A stretch of DNA of 32,940 nucleotides from a virus (taxonomy: Duplodnaviria > Heunggongvirae > Uroviricota > Caudoviricetes): IMG/VR virus record IMGVR_UViG_2778261313_000015; one strand, given 5' to 3'. Below are positions 8,731 through 18,257 of this stretch, in pieces. The position numbers and the translations under genes were made by a program. Each line of letters begins with the position of its first letter. Position 1 is the stretch's first letter. The notes below the pieces were generated by a model, which was not told the origin of the DNA, did no database searches, and saw only the letters and a program-made list of their open reading frames with translations.

Positions 8731-9707
8731 ATATCAGGGATGTTTCTCACAACCGCTTCAAACAAAGGTGGTGGAACTGCATTACCTACGACCTTATATC
8801 TCTCTTTTAACATCCGTGCGGCCCCAAAACTATCCATGTCAGGAAAAGTTAGATAACCACCATGATTGGTATATTCTTTACTAAACCCTTGCAGAATCGC
8901 CGCTTCTTTATAGGAGAAGCGTCTGGCTGGCGAGTTTGTTATAAACTCCCACTTGTCCATACCCACTTTTTTTAATTCGGGGCTGATGGGATGCAAGGGA
9001 ATATGACGAAGATTACTTACGATAGTTTTACTAACTTCGTCCCAGTTGCGGCGTCTATTCCTAGATAAATAGTACCAGTGAAATGGGTCATCACAAAACT
9101 CACCGATTGGCCATTCAGGTAATCCCTTTAGTGCTTCACCGATTGTTACATAAGGTAATGATTTTTCCTCACCATGTGTGGCTTCAGGGAATTTATATTC
9201 TAGGTCGAAGTCGTTACGAATACCTACAATTATTAATCTCTTACGCTCTTGCGGTACACCGTAGTGGTGAGCTTTGAGTATATTCCAAACAACTTTATAG
9301 CCTATATTACCAGCATTGGAGAAGCGTTTTATTTGATCATCGAGTAGATGCTTAAATGTACTATTTCTCATACCTGAAACATTTTCGACAATAAATGCTT
9401 TAGGTTGAATATTGGTTAATGCACGTGCAAACTCTTTATATAAAAAATTTATACTCCTGTCCGCAAGACGTGCGCCACCTTGGCTAAATCCTTGGCATGG
9501 ATAGCATCCAACAAGAAGGTCTGCACTCGGAAATTTTTCAACTTCTCGGATATCTTGGATTAGGTAATCTGTTTCTGGTAGGTTTGCGAGATAAACCTTT
9601 CTCGCATATGGCAAAATATCGTTTGCCATAACGATGTCGAAACCAGCTTTGCTTAATCCAGCATCGGAACCACCACAACCCGAGAACAATGATACAGCTT
9701 TTGGCAT
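8724..9707 (-). CDS. DNA (cytosine-5)-methyltransferase
   Basis: Motifs FSGCGG (I), PCQGFS (IV), ENV (VI), QERKR (VIII), GNAV (X); GGGGGAG RBS before ATG at 9707; 327 aa. Confidence 0.85.
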   Translation of the reverse strand: MPKAVSLFSGCGGSDAGLSKAGFDIVMANDILPYARKVYLANLPETDYLIQDIREVEKFPSADLLVGCYPCQGFSQGGARLADRSINFLYKEFARALTNIQPKAFIVENVSGMRNSTFKHLLDDQIKRFSNAGNIGYKVVWNILKAHHYGVPQERKRLIIVGIRNDFDLEYKFPEATHGEEKSLPYVTIGEALKGLPEWPIGEFCDDPFHWYYLSRNRRRNWDEVSKTIVSNLRHIPLHPISPELKKVGMDKWEFITNSPARRFSYKEAAILQGFSKEYTNHGGYLTFPDMDSFGAARMLKERYKVVGNAVPPPLFEAVVRNIPDIW

Positions 9708-9914
9708 TTTCTCCCCCTGATAAACCGGCAAGAGTATAGCTTTTTATATGGCTACTGCATACATCATCCTTATAAATGGCAGTTTCTGGTGTATGCATGG
9801 ACGTGAATTTTTTTGCATGCATTAGCTTTACTTATTTGAAGTATTGTCCGTGACGTCTGGCGCGCTTCCAACGTATTCATGAAACTGCATTAAAAGCGCC
9901 CCATGAAGCGGGCG

Positions 9915-9933
9915 GGCGAGGCGGGGAAAGCAC
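9915..9933. other. cos: cos cohesive-end sequence GGCGAGGCGGGGAAAGCAC (P2/186-type 19-nt cos)
   Basis: Matches the P2/186 cohesive-end sequence as recalled; located between the right-end cargo and Q, as in P2. Confidence 0.7.
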
Positions 9934-10074
9934 TGCGCGCTGGCGGTGGTGCTGATTTTATTTTTTCAGCGTCTCAGCGCGTCGTAATGGCGTTTAGATT
10001 GTGCGCCGGGGCGTTGGTGTGTCTGCGGGCTGTTTTGTGCGGTGGTGAGCGTGTGAGGGCGTGATGACGGGGTG

Positions 10075-10098
10075 TAAAAAAGCCGCCCGCAGGCGGCG
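10075..10098 (-). terminator. rho-independent terminator downstream of Q
   Basis: GCCGCC-nnnn-GGCGGC stem followed by a U-run on the minus strand, 5 nt after the Q stop. Confidence 0.6.
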
Positions 10099-10102
10099 AT
10101 GT

Positions 10103-11137
10103 TCAGCCGTTGTCAGTGTCCAGTGAGTAGTTTTTAAAGCGGATGACCTCCTGACCGAGCCAGCCGTTTATCTCGCGGATCCTGTCCTGTAACGGGATAA
10201 GCTCATTGCGGACAAAGACCTTTGCCACTTTCTCAATATCGCCCAGTGACCCGACGTTCTCCGGCTTGCCGCCCATCAACTGAAAGGGGATGCGGTGCGC
10301 GTCCAGCAGGTCAGCGGCGCTGGCTTTTTTGATATTAAAAAAATCGTCCTTCGTTGCGACTTCACTGAGCGGGATAATTTTAATGCCGTCGGCTTTCCCC
10401 TGTGGTGCATAGAGAAACAGATTTTTAAAGTTGTTGCGGCCTTTCGACTTCACCATGTTTTCGCGAAGCATTTCGATATCGTTGCGATCCTGCACGGCAT
10501 CGGTGACGTACATGATGTATCCGGCATGTGCGCCGTTTTCGTAGTACTTGCGGCGGAACAGCGTGGCTGATTCATTCAGCCAGGCAGAGTTAAGGGCGCT
10601 GAGATATTCCGGCAGGCCGTACAGCTCCTGATTAATATCCGGCTCCAGCAGGTGAAACACGGAACCGGGCGCGAAGGCTGTCGGCTCGTTGAAGGACGGC
10701 ACCCACCAGTAAACATCCTCTTCCACGCCACGGCGGGTATATTTTGCCGGTGAGGTTTCCAGTCTGATGACCTTACCGGTGGTGCTGTAACGCTTTTCCA
10801 GAAACGCATTACCGAACACCAGAAAATCCAGCACAAAGCGGCTGAAATCCTGTTGCGAAAGCCACGGATGCGGGATAAATGTTGAGGCCAGAATATTGCG
10901 TTTGACGTAAATCGGTGAGCTGTGATGCACGGCAGCACGCAGGCTTTTTGCCAGACCGGTAAAGCTGACCGGTGGCTCATACCATCTGCCGTTACTGATG
11001 CACTCAACGTAATCCAGAATGTCACGGCGGTCGAGTACCGGCACCGGCTCACCAAAGGTGAATGCCTCCATTTTCGGGGCGCTGGCGGTCATTGTTTTTG
11101 CCGCAGGTTGCGGTGTTTTCTCTTTTTTCTTGCTCAT
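10103..11137 (-). CDS. Q: portal protein
   Basis: 344 aa, same length as P2 Q; stop overlaps P start. Confidence 0.9.
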   Translation of the reverse strand: MSKKKEKTPQPAAKTMTASAPKMEAFTFGEPVPVLDRRDILDYVECISNGRWYEPPVSFTGLAKSLRAAVHHSSPIYVKRNILASTFIPHPWLSQQDFSRFVLDFLVFGNAFLEKRYSTTGKVIRLETSPAKYTRRGVEEDVYWWVPSFNEPTAFAPGSVFHLLEPDINQELYGLPEYLSALNSAWLNESATLFRRKYYENGAHAGYIMYVTDAVQDRNDIEMLRENMVKSKGRNNFKNLFLYAPQGKADGIKIIPLSEVATKDDFFNIKKASAADLLDAHRIPFQLMGGKPENVGSLGDIEKVAKVFVRNELIPLQDRIREINGWLGQEVIRFKNYSLDTDNG

Positions 11138-12909
11138 CAGTAAAACTCCAGAATGGTGGATGTCAGCGGGGTGCTGATACCGGCGGTGAGTGGCTCATTT
11201 AACAGGGCGTGCATGGTTGCCCAGGCGAGGTCGGCGTGGCTGGCTTCCTCGCTGCGGCTGGCCTCATAGGTGGCGCTGCGTCCGCTGCTGGTCATGGTTT
11301 TGCGGATAGCCATAAACGAGCTGGTGATGTCGGTGGCGCTGACGTCATATTCCAGACAGCCACGGCGGATAACGTCTTTGGCCTTGAGCACCATTGCGGT
11401 TTTCATTTCCGGCGTGTAGCGGATGTCGCGCGCGGCGGGATAGAACGAGCGCACGAGCTGGAACACGCCGACACCGAGGCCGGTGGCATCAATACCGATG
11501 TATTCGACGTTGTATTTTTCGGTGAGTTTGCGGATGGATTCCGCCTGAGTGGCAAAGTCCATGCCTTTCCACTGGTGACGCTCAAGTATTCTGAATTTGC
11601 CACCGGCCACCACCGGCGGTGCCAGTACCACGCATCCGGCGCTGTCGCCACGGTGTGACGGGTCGTAACCAATCCATACCGGGCGGGAGCCGAACGGATT
11701 GGCGGCAAACGGCGCATAGTCTTCCCATTCTTCCAGCGTGTCGACCATGCAGCGTTGCAGCTCCTCGAACGGGAACACCGACGCCTTGTCGTCAACAAAT
11801 TCACACATGAACAGGTTTTTAAAATCGTCGGCGCTGTTTTCGCGTTTAAGCTGATCAATGTCGAACAATGTGCAGCCGCCTTTCAGGGCGTCCTCAATGG
11901 TGACAATCTGCCGCCACTGGCCGTCCGCACAGAGAAGCCCACCGGCAAGGGCGTTATGACTGACGTCGATTTCCACGCGTTCGGCGGCGCTGGCGCGTCC
12001 CCGGTTAAACAGTTCACCGGACCAGAACGGGTAGGCGTCGTGCGCCAGCGTGGACGGGGTGGAGAAATAGGTCGAGCGCAGGTGACTCTGTGAGGCCATA
12101 CCTGATGCCACCTTACGGAGCACCTGAAAATTCGGGATCCAGAAAATCTCGTCGACGTACAGGTCGCCGTTATGGCTCTGCGCGGTGTTGGAGTTGGTGC
12201 CGAGAAAAATCAGTTTTGCGCCGTTATTGCCCAGGACAATCGGGTCACCGGTCAGGTCAACGTCAACCAGACGGGCAAAGGCGATGATGTATTCGCGGAA
12301 CACATACGCCTGCGTTTTACTGGCCGACAGAAAAATCTGGTTATGGCCGGTTTTCAGGGCGCGCAGCAGCGCCTCGCGGGAAAAATAAAACGTTGCGCCA
12401 ATCTGGCGGGATTTCAGGATATCGCGGATGCGGTGCTCAAGCCCGGCACGATACCAGTGCAACTGATAGTCGAAAGACTGCTCAAAGAAAATCTGCTCCA
12501 GCTTTTCGATGGCCTCGTCACTGAAAAAATTCTTTTTCGGTTTGCGACGCCCGCCTTTGTTGCGGTTAGCGACGTTCGGATTAAGGTCTGCCTCGTTGCT
12601 GGTCTGACTGTAGCGGTTGACCCGCGCCAGTCGTTCAATCTGGCGTCCCAGCAGGTCAATTTCCTTGAAGTCACCGCCGGTTTTCTGCGGTTTGATGATG
12701 AGCTGGGTCAGCCGCGCTTCCAGACTCATTTCGACACGGCTGATGGGGGCAACGCTGTCCCAGCCGTCGCGCTGTTTCCAGCTCTGCACCGTCGGGCGTT
12801 TCATCTGCAACATGGCGGCAATCTGCGGCACGGAAAATCCCTGCCAGTACAGCAGCGCCGCCTGACGACGCGGATCGTGTAAAAGAGTGGTGTCTGTGGT
12901 GATGGTCAT
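11137..12909 (-). CDS. P: terminase large subunit (ATPase/nuclease)
   Basis: 590 aa from MTITTDTT, same length as P2 P. Confidence 0.9.
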   Translation of the reverse strand: MTITTDTTLLHDPRRQAALLYWQGFSVPQIAAMLQMKRPTVQSWKQRDGWDSVAPISRVEMSLEARLTQLIIKPQKTGGDFKEIDLLGRQIERLARVNRYSQTSNEADLNPNVANRNKGGRRKPKKNFFSDEAIEKLEQIFFEQSFDYQLHWYRAGLEHRIRDILKSRQIGATFYFSREALLRALKTGHNQIFLSASKTQAYVFREYIIAFARLVDVDLTGDPIVLGNNGAKLIFLGTNSNTAQSHNGDLYVDEIFWIPNFQVLRKVASGMASQSHLRSTYFSTPSTLAHDAYPFWSGELFNRGRASAAERVEIDVSHNALAGGLLCADGQWRQIVTIEDALKGGCTLFDIDQLKRENSADDFKNLFMCEFVDDKASVFPFEELQRCMVDTLEEWEDYAPFAANPFGSRPVWIGYDPSHRGDSAGCVVLAPPVVAGGKFRILERHQWKGMDFATQAESIRKLTEKYNVEYIGIDATGLGVGVFQLVRSFYPAARDIRYTPEMKTAMVLKAKDVIRRGCLEYDVSATDITSSFMAIRKTMTSSGRSATYEASRSEEASHADLAWATMHALLNEPLTAGISTPLTSTILEFY

Positions 12910-13082
12910 GAATACCTCGCCGTGATGAATACACGGCAAGGCTACTGAGTCGCGCCCCGCGATTCGCTAAGGTGCTGTTGTGTCAGTGATAAGCCATCCG
13001 GGACTGATGGCGGAGGATGCGCATCGTCGGGAAACTGATGCCGACATGTGACTCCTCTAATCACTATTCAGGACTCCTGACA

Positions 13083-13937
13083 ATGGCAAAAAAAGTCTCA
13101 AAATTCTTTCGTATCGGCGTTGAGGGTGACACCTGTGACGGGCGTGTCATCAGTGCGCAGGATATTCAGGAAATGGCCGAAACCTTTGACCCGCGTGTCT
13201 ATGGTTGCCGCATTAACCTGGAACATCTGCGCGGCATCCTGCCTGACGGTATTTTTAAGCGTTATGGCGATGTGGCCGAACTGAAGGCCGAAAAGATTGA
13301 CGATGATTCGGCGCTGAAAGGCAAATGGGCGCTGTTTGCGAAAATCACCCCGACCGATGACCTTATCGCGATGAACAAGGCCGCGCAGAAGGTCTATACC
13401 TCAATGGAAATTCAGCCGAACTTTGCCAATACAGGCAAATGTTATCTGGTGGGTCTGGCCGTCACCGATGACCCGGCAAGCCTCGGCACGGAATACCTGG
13501 AATTCTGCCGCACGGCAAAACACAACCCTCTGAACCGCTTCAAATTAAGCCCTGAAAACCTGATTTCAGTGGCAACGCCTGTTGAGCTGGAATTTGAAGA
13601 CCTGCCTGAAACCGTGTTCACCGCCCTGACCGAAAAGGTGAAATCCATTTTTGGCCGCAAACAGGCCAGCGATGACGCCCGTCTGAATGACGTGCATGAA
13701 GCGGTGACCGCTGTCGCTGAGCATGTGCAGGAAAAACTGAGCGCCACTGAGCAGCGCCTTGCTGAGATGGAAACCGCCTTTTCCGCACTTAAGCAGGATG
13801 TGACTGACAGGGCGGATGAAACCAGTCAGGCATTCACCCGCCTGAAAAACAGTCTCGACCACACCGAAAGTCTGACCCAGCAGCGCCGCAGCAAAGCCAC
13901 CGGCGGTGGCGGTGACGCCCTGATGACGAACTGCTGA
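13083..13937 (+). CDS. O: capsid scaffolding protein
   Basis: 284 aa from MAKKVSKFF with AGGA RBS, same length as P2 O. Confidence 0.85.
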   Translation: MAKKVSKFFRIGVEGDTCDGRVISAQDIQEMAETFDPRVYGCRINLEHLRGILPDGIFKRYGDVAELKAEKIDDDSALKGKWALFAKITPTDDLIAMNKAAQKVYTSMEIQPNFANTGKCYLVGLAVTDDPASLGTEYLEFCRTAKHNPLNRFKLSPENLISVATPVELEFEDLPETVFTALTEKVKSIFGRKQASDDARLNDVHEAVTAVAEHVQEKLSATEQRLAEMETAFSALKQDVTDRADETSQAFTRLKNSLDHTESLTQQRRSKATGGGGDALMTNC

Positions 13938-13995
13938 CCGGCGTCAGTCAGTCCGGGAAAACCTTCACGATTAACCCTTAATTTCAGGAAAAACT

Positions 13996-15069
13996 ATGCG
14001 CCAGGAAACCCGCTTTAAATTTAATGCCTACCTGTCCCGTGTTGCCGAACTGAACGGCATCGACGCCGGTGATGTGTCGAAAAAATTCACCGTTGAACCG
14101 TCGGTCACCCAGACCCTGATGAACACCATGCAGGAGTCCTCTGACTTTCTGACCCGCATCAACATTGTGCCGGTCAGCGAAATGAAAGGGGAAAAAATTG
14201 GTCTTGGTGTCACCGGCTCCATCGCCAGCACCACCGACACCGCCGGTGGCACCGAGCGTCAGCCGAAGGACTTCTCGAAGCTGGCGTCAAACAAGTACGA
14301 ATGCGACCAGATTAACTTCGATTTTTATATCCGCTACAAAACGCTTGACCTGTGGGCGCGTTATCAGGATTTCCAGCTTCGTATCCGTAACGCCATTATC
14401 AAACGCCAGTCCCTTGATTTCATCATGGCCGGTTTTAACGGTGTGAAGCGTGCCGAAACCTCTGACCGCCGCAGTAATCCGATGTTGCAGGATGTGGCGG
14501 TCGGCTGGCTGCAGAAATACCGCAATGAAGCCCCGGCGCGCGTGATGAGCAAGGTCACTGACGAGGAAGGCCGCACCACCTCTGAGGTCATCCGCGTGGG
14601 TAAGGGCGGTGATTATGTAAGCCTCGATGCACTGGTGATGGATGCGACCAACAACCTGATTGAGCCGTGGTATCAGGAAGACCCTGACCTTGTGGTGATT
14701 GTGGGGCGTCAGCTACTGGCGGACAAGTATTTCCCCATCGTCAACAAGGAGCAGGACAACAGCGAAATGCTGGCCGCTGACGTCATCATCAGCCAGAAAC
14801 GCATCGGTAACCTGCCGGCGGTACGCGTCCCGTACTTCCCGGCGGATGCGATGCTCATCACGAAGCTGGAAAACCTGTCCATCTACTACATGGATGACAG
14901 CCATCGCCGCGTGATTGAGGAAAACCCGAAACTCGACCGCGTGGAGAACTACGAGTCAATGAACATTGATTACGTGGTGGAAGACTACGCCGCCGGTTGT
15001 CTGGTGGAAAAAATTAAGGTCGGTGATTTCTCCACACTGGCTAAAGCGACCGCAGAGCCGGGAGCGTAA
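13996..15069 (+). CDS. N: major capsid protein
   Basis: 357 aa, same length as P2 N. Confidence 0.9.
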   Translation: MRQETRFKFNAYLSRVAELNGIDAGDVSKKFTVEPSVTQTLMNTMQESSDFLTRINIVPVSEMKGEKIGLGVTGSIASTTDTAGGTERQPKDFSKLASNKYECDQINFDFYIRYKTLDLWARYQDFQLRIRNAIIKRQSLDFIMAGFNGVKRAETSDRRSNPMLQDVAVGWLQKYRNEAPARVMSKVTDEEGRTTSEVIRVGKGGDYVSLDALVMDATNNLIEPWYQEDPDLVVIVGRQLLADKYFPIVNKEQDNSEMLAADVIISQKRIGNLPAVRVPYFPADAMLITKLENLSIYYMDDSHRRVIEENPKLDRVENYESMNIDYVVEDYAAGCLVEKIKVGDFSTLAKATAEPGA

Positions 15070-15072
15070 CCG

Positions 15073-15810
15073 ATGACGAGTCCCGCACAGCGCCACATGA
15101 TGCGGGTTTCGGCAGCGATGACCGCGCAGCGGGAAGCCGCCCCGCTGCGACATGCAACTGTCTATGAGCAGATGCTGGTTAAGCTCGCCGCAGACCAGCG
15201 CACACTGAAAGCGATTTATTCAAAAGAGCTGAAGGCCGCGAAAAAACGCGAACTGCTGCCGTTCTGGTTGCCGTGGGTGAACGGCGTGCTGGAGCAGGGC
15301 AAAGGTGCACAGGATGACATTCTGATGACGGTCATGCTGTGGCGTCTGGATACCGGCGATATTGCCGGTGCGCTGGAGATTGCCCGTTATGCCCTGAAGT
15401 ACGGTCTGACCATGCCGGGTAAACACCGCCGCACCCCGCCGTACATGTTCACCGAGGAGGTGGCGCTTGCGGCCATGCGCGCTCACGCTGCCGGTGAGTC
15501 TGTGGATCCCCGCCTGCTGACGGAGACCCTTGAACTGACCGCCACGGCTGACATGCCTGATGAAGTGCGCGCAAAGCTGCACAAAATCACCGGTCTGTTT
15601 CTGCGTGACGGTGGTGATGCCGCAGGGGCGCTGGCACACCTGCAACGTGCGACACAGCTCGACTGTCAGGCAGGCGTCAAAAAAGAGATTGAACGACTGG
15701 AGCGGGAGCTGAAACCGAAGCCGGAGCCAAAAGCGGTCACCCGCGCCCCGCGTAAGACCCGGAGTGCGACACCGGCAAAACGTGGACGCCCGAAAAAGAA
15801 AGCCAGTTAA
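15073..15810 (+). CDS. M: terminase small subunit / endonuclease subunit
   Basis: 245 aa; P2 M is 247 aa. Confidence 0.85.
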   Translation: MTSPAQRHMMRVSAAMTAQREAAPLRHATVYEQMLVKLAADQRTLKAIYSKELKAAKKRELLPFWLPWVNGVLEQGKGAQDDILMTVMLWRLDTGDIAGALEIARYALKYGLTMPGKHRRTPPYMFTEEVALAAMRAHAAGESVDPRLLTETLELTATADMPDEVRAKLHKITGLFLRDGGDAAGALAHLQRATQLDCQAGVKKEIERLERELKPKPEPKAVTRAPRKTRSATPAKRGRPKKKAS

Positions 15811-15909
15811 CAACCGAATGCGCCCCGCGCCAGGGCGGCACGCCGGTCAGTGAGGGTGAATCACCTGACACTGCACCGGCGTCCACCGCCCGACTTTTCA
15901 GAGGTAGTC

Positions 15910-16419
15910 ATGATGACGCTGATTATTCCGCGAAAGGAGGCTCCCGTGTCCGGTGAGGGTACGGTGGTCATCCCGCAACCGGCAGGCGACGAGCCGGTGA
16001 TTAAAAACACGTTCTTTTTTCCCGATATCGACCCGAAGCGCGTCCGGGAACGTATGCGCCTTGAGCAGACCGTCGCCCCCGCCCGTCTGCGTGAGGCCAT
16101 CAAGTCAGGCATGGCGGAGACGAATGCGGAGCTGTACGAGTACCGCGAACAGAAAATTGCCGCCGGTTTTACGCGTCTGGCGGACGTTCCGGCGGACGAC
16201 ATCGACGGTGAAAGCATCAAAGTTTTTTACTACGAGCGCGCCGTGTGTGCGATGGCGACCGCGTCGCTTTATGAGCGTTATCGCGGCGTGGATGCCAGTG
16301 CCAAAGGCGACAAGAAGGCCGACAGCATTGACAGCACCATTGATGAGCTGTGGCGGGATATGCGCTGGGCAGTGGCGCGAATCCAGGACAAGCCGCGCTG
16401 CATCGTGAGTCAAATCTGA
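15910..16419 (+). CDS. L: head completion/stabilisation protein
   Basis: 169 aa from the internal ATG with GAGG RBS, same length as P2 L. Confidence 0.85.
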   Translation: MMTLIIPRKEAPVSGEGTVVIPQPAGDEPVIKNTFFFPDIDPKRVRERMRLEQTVAPARLREAIKSGMAETNAELYEYREQKIAAGFTRLADVPADDIDGESIKVFYYERAVCAMATASLYERYRGVDASAKGDKKADSIDSTIDELWRDMRWAVARIQDKPRCIVSQI

Positions 16420-16622
16420 TGAAGACCTTTGCGCTACAGGGCGACACGCTCGACGCCATTTGTGTCCGGTATTACGGGCGCACTGAGGGCGTGGTTGAGA
16501 CCGTGCTCGCCGCAAATCCGGGACTGGCTGAACTGGGTGCGGTGCTGCCACACGGCACCGCCGTCGAACTGCCCGACGTTCAGACCGCGCCCGTGGCTGA
16601 AACTGTCAATCTGTGGGAGTAA
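16419..16622 (+). CDS. X: tail protein X (LysM-like)
   Basis: 67 aa starting MKTFALQGDTLDAICVRYYGRTEG; ATGA overlap with the L stop. Confidence 0.85.
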   Translation: MKTFALQGDTLDAICVRYYGRTEGVVETVLAANPGLAELGAVLPHGTAVELPDVQTAPVAETVNLWE

Positions 16623-16625
16623 CGC

Positions 16626-16907
16626 ATGACAGCAGAAGAAAAAAGCGTCCTGTCGCTTTTCATGATTGGGGTGCTGATTGTTGTCGGCAAGGTGCTTGCC
16701 GGTGGTGAACCCATCACCCCGCGTCTGTTTATCGGGCGCATGTTGCTCGGTGGTTTTGTCTCGATGGTTGCCGGTGTTGTTCTGGTGCAGTTTCCTGACC
16801 TGTCACTGCCTGCAGTGTGCGGTATCGGCTCCATGCTGGGTATCGCCGGTTATCAGGTGATTGAGATTGCCATTCAGCGCCGCTTTAAGGGCAGGGGGAA
16901 ACCGTAA
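16626..16907 (+). CDS. Y: holin
   Basis: 93 aa with hydrophobic transmembrane segments, same length as P2 Y. Confidence 0.85.
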   Translation: MTAEEKSVLSLFMIGVLIVVGKVLAGGEPITPRLFIGRMLLGGFVSMVAGVVLVQFPDLSLPAVCGIGSMLGIAGYQVIEIAIQRRFKGRGKP

Positions 16908-17404
16908 TGCCGGTAATTAACACGCATCAGAATATCGCCGCCTTTCTCGACATGCTGGCCGTGTCCGAAGGGACGGCGAATCATCCGCTGACGAAAAACC
17001 GGGGCTATGACGTGATAGTCACCGGACTGGACGGAAAGCCGGAAATTTTCACCGACTACAGTGACCACCCGTTCGCGCATGGCCGACCGGCGAAGGTGTT
17101 TAACCGTCGCGGTGAAAAATCAACGGCCTCCGGTCGCTATCAGCAGCTTTACCTGTTCTGGCCGCATTACCGCAAACAGCTTGCCCTGCCGGATTTCAGT
17201 CCGTTGTCACAGGACAGGCTCGCCATTCAGTTGATCCGCGAACGCGGTGCACTGGATGACATCCGGGCGGGACGCATTGAGCGCGCCATTTCACGCTGTC
17301 GCAATATCTGGGCGTCCCTGCCGGGTGCCGGTTACGGTCAGCGTGAGCATTCACTGGAAAAACTGGTCACCGTCTGGCGTACCGCTGGCGGCGTACCGGC
17401 TTAA
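16907..17404 (+). CDS. K: endolysin (lysozyme)
   Basis: 165 aa, same length as P2 K. Confidence 0.85.
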   Translation: MPVINTHQNIAAFLDMLAVSEGTANHPLTKNRGYDVIVTGLDGKPEIFTDYSDHPFAHGRPAKVFNRRGEKSTASGRYQQLYLFWPHYRKQLALPDFSPLSQDRLAIQLIRERGALDDIRAGRIERAISRCRNIWASLPGAGYGQREHSLEKLVTVWRTAGGVPA

Positions 17405-17418
17405 ACGGAGTCAACACC

Positions 17419-17844
17419 ATGAAGAAATTATCCCTTTCACTGATGCTGAACGTGTCGCTGGCGCTGATGCTGGCACTGTCCCTGATTTACCCGCAGAGCG
17501 TGGCCGTCAGTTTTGTTGCCACCTGGGCGATTCTGGCGACGGTTATCTGTGTGGTTGCCGGTGGTGTCGGTGTGTATGCCACTGAGTATGTACTGGAACG
17601 CTACGGACGGGAGCTGCAGCCGGAATCGCTGGCCGTGAAGATTGTCACGTCGCTGTTTTTGCAGCCGGTGCCGTGGTGCAGACGGGTGGCGGCTCTGGTG
17701 GTGATGGTGGTGACGTTTATCTCGCTGGTCGCTGCCGGGTGGATTTTTACTGCGCTGATTTATCTTGTGGCGTCGCTGTTTTTCCGGCTGATACGTACGG
17801 CCTGCCGTCAGCGTTTTGAGGGGCGGGAACCATGTCAAAGCTGA
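17419..17844 (+). CDS. lysA: lysis regulatory membrane protein LysA
   Basis: 141 aa, strongly hydrophobic, P2 LysA size. Confidence 0.8.
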   Translation: MKKLSLSLMLNVSLALMLALSLIYPQSVAVSFVATWAILATVICVVAGGVGVYATEYVLERYGRELQPESLAVKIVTSLFLQPVPWCRRVAALVVMVVTFISLVAAGWIFTALIYLVASLFFRLIRTACRQRFEGREPCQS

Positions 17845-18257
17845 TGACTGTGCTGGTTGTGTTGTTATCACTGGCGGTGGCCGGTCTGTTTCTGGTGAAA
17901 CATAAAAATGCCAGCCTGCGCGCCTCGCTGGACAGGGCGAACAACGTCGCCAGTGAACAGCAGACGACTATCACCATGCTGAAAAATCAGCTTCATGTTG
18001 CGCTCACCAGGGCAGACAAAAACGAGCTGGCGCAGGTGGCTCTGCGTCAGGAACTGGAGAACGCCGCGAAGCGTGAAGCACAGCGCGAGAAAACCATCAC
18101 GAGATTACTCAATGAAAACGAAGATTTTCGCCGCTGGTACGGTGCTGACCTGCCTGATGCTGTGCGCCGGTTGCACCAGCGCCCCGCCTGCACTGACGCC
18201 AGTGATTGTCGCCAACGCCTGCCCGAAAGTGAGTCTTTGCCCGATGCCGGGCAGTGA
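17832..18257 (+). CDS. lysB: i-spanin (Rz-like) LysB
   Basis: 141 aa; N-terminal transmembrane segment followed by a coiled-coil-like region. Confidence 0.8.
   Translation: MSKLMTVLVVLLSLAVAGLFLVKHKNASLRASLDRANNVASEQQTTITMLKNQLHVALTRADKNELAQVALRQELENAAKREAQREKTITRLLNENEDFRRWYGADLPDAVRRLHQRPACTDASDCRQRLPESESLPDAGQ

Noticed and set aside
9538-9822. 94-aa minus-strand ORF upstream of the methyltransferase
   Set aside because: It overlaps the methyltransferase 5' end in another frame and extends into the promoter region; it is more likely non-coding leader.
12172-12882. 236-aa plus-strand ORF
   Set aside because: It lies entirely inside the terminase large subunit gene on the opposite strand; it is a typical GC-rich antisense frame with no RBS context.
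12910-13082. Ogr-dependent late promoter dyads (TGT-N12-ACA) in the divergent P/O intergenic region and upstream of V and FI
   Set aside because: I could not find a clean TGT-N12-ACA match by eye, so no specific late promoter is annotated; they probably exist in a diverged form.
16350-16418. Upstream extension of gene X (track ORF starting at 16350)
   Set aside because: The extension would overlap the L coding region in another frame; the ATG at 16419 overlaps the L stop (ATGA coupling) and gives the P2-length 67-aa X.
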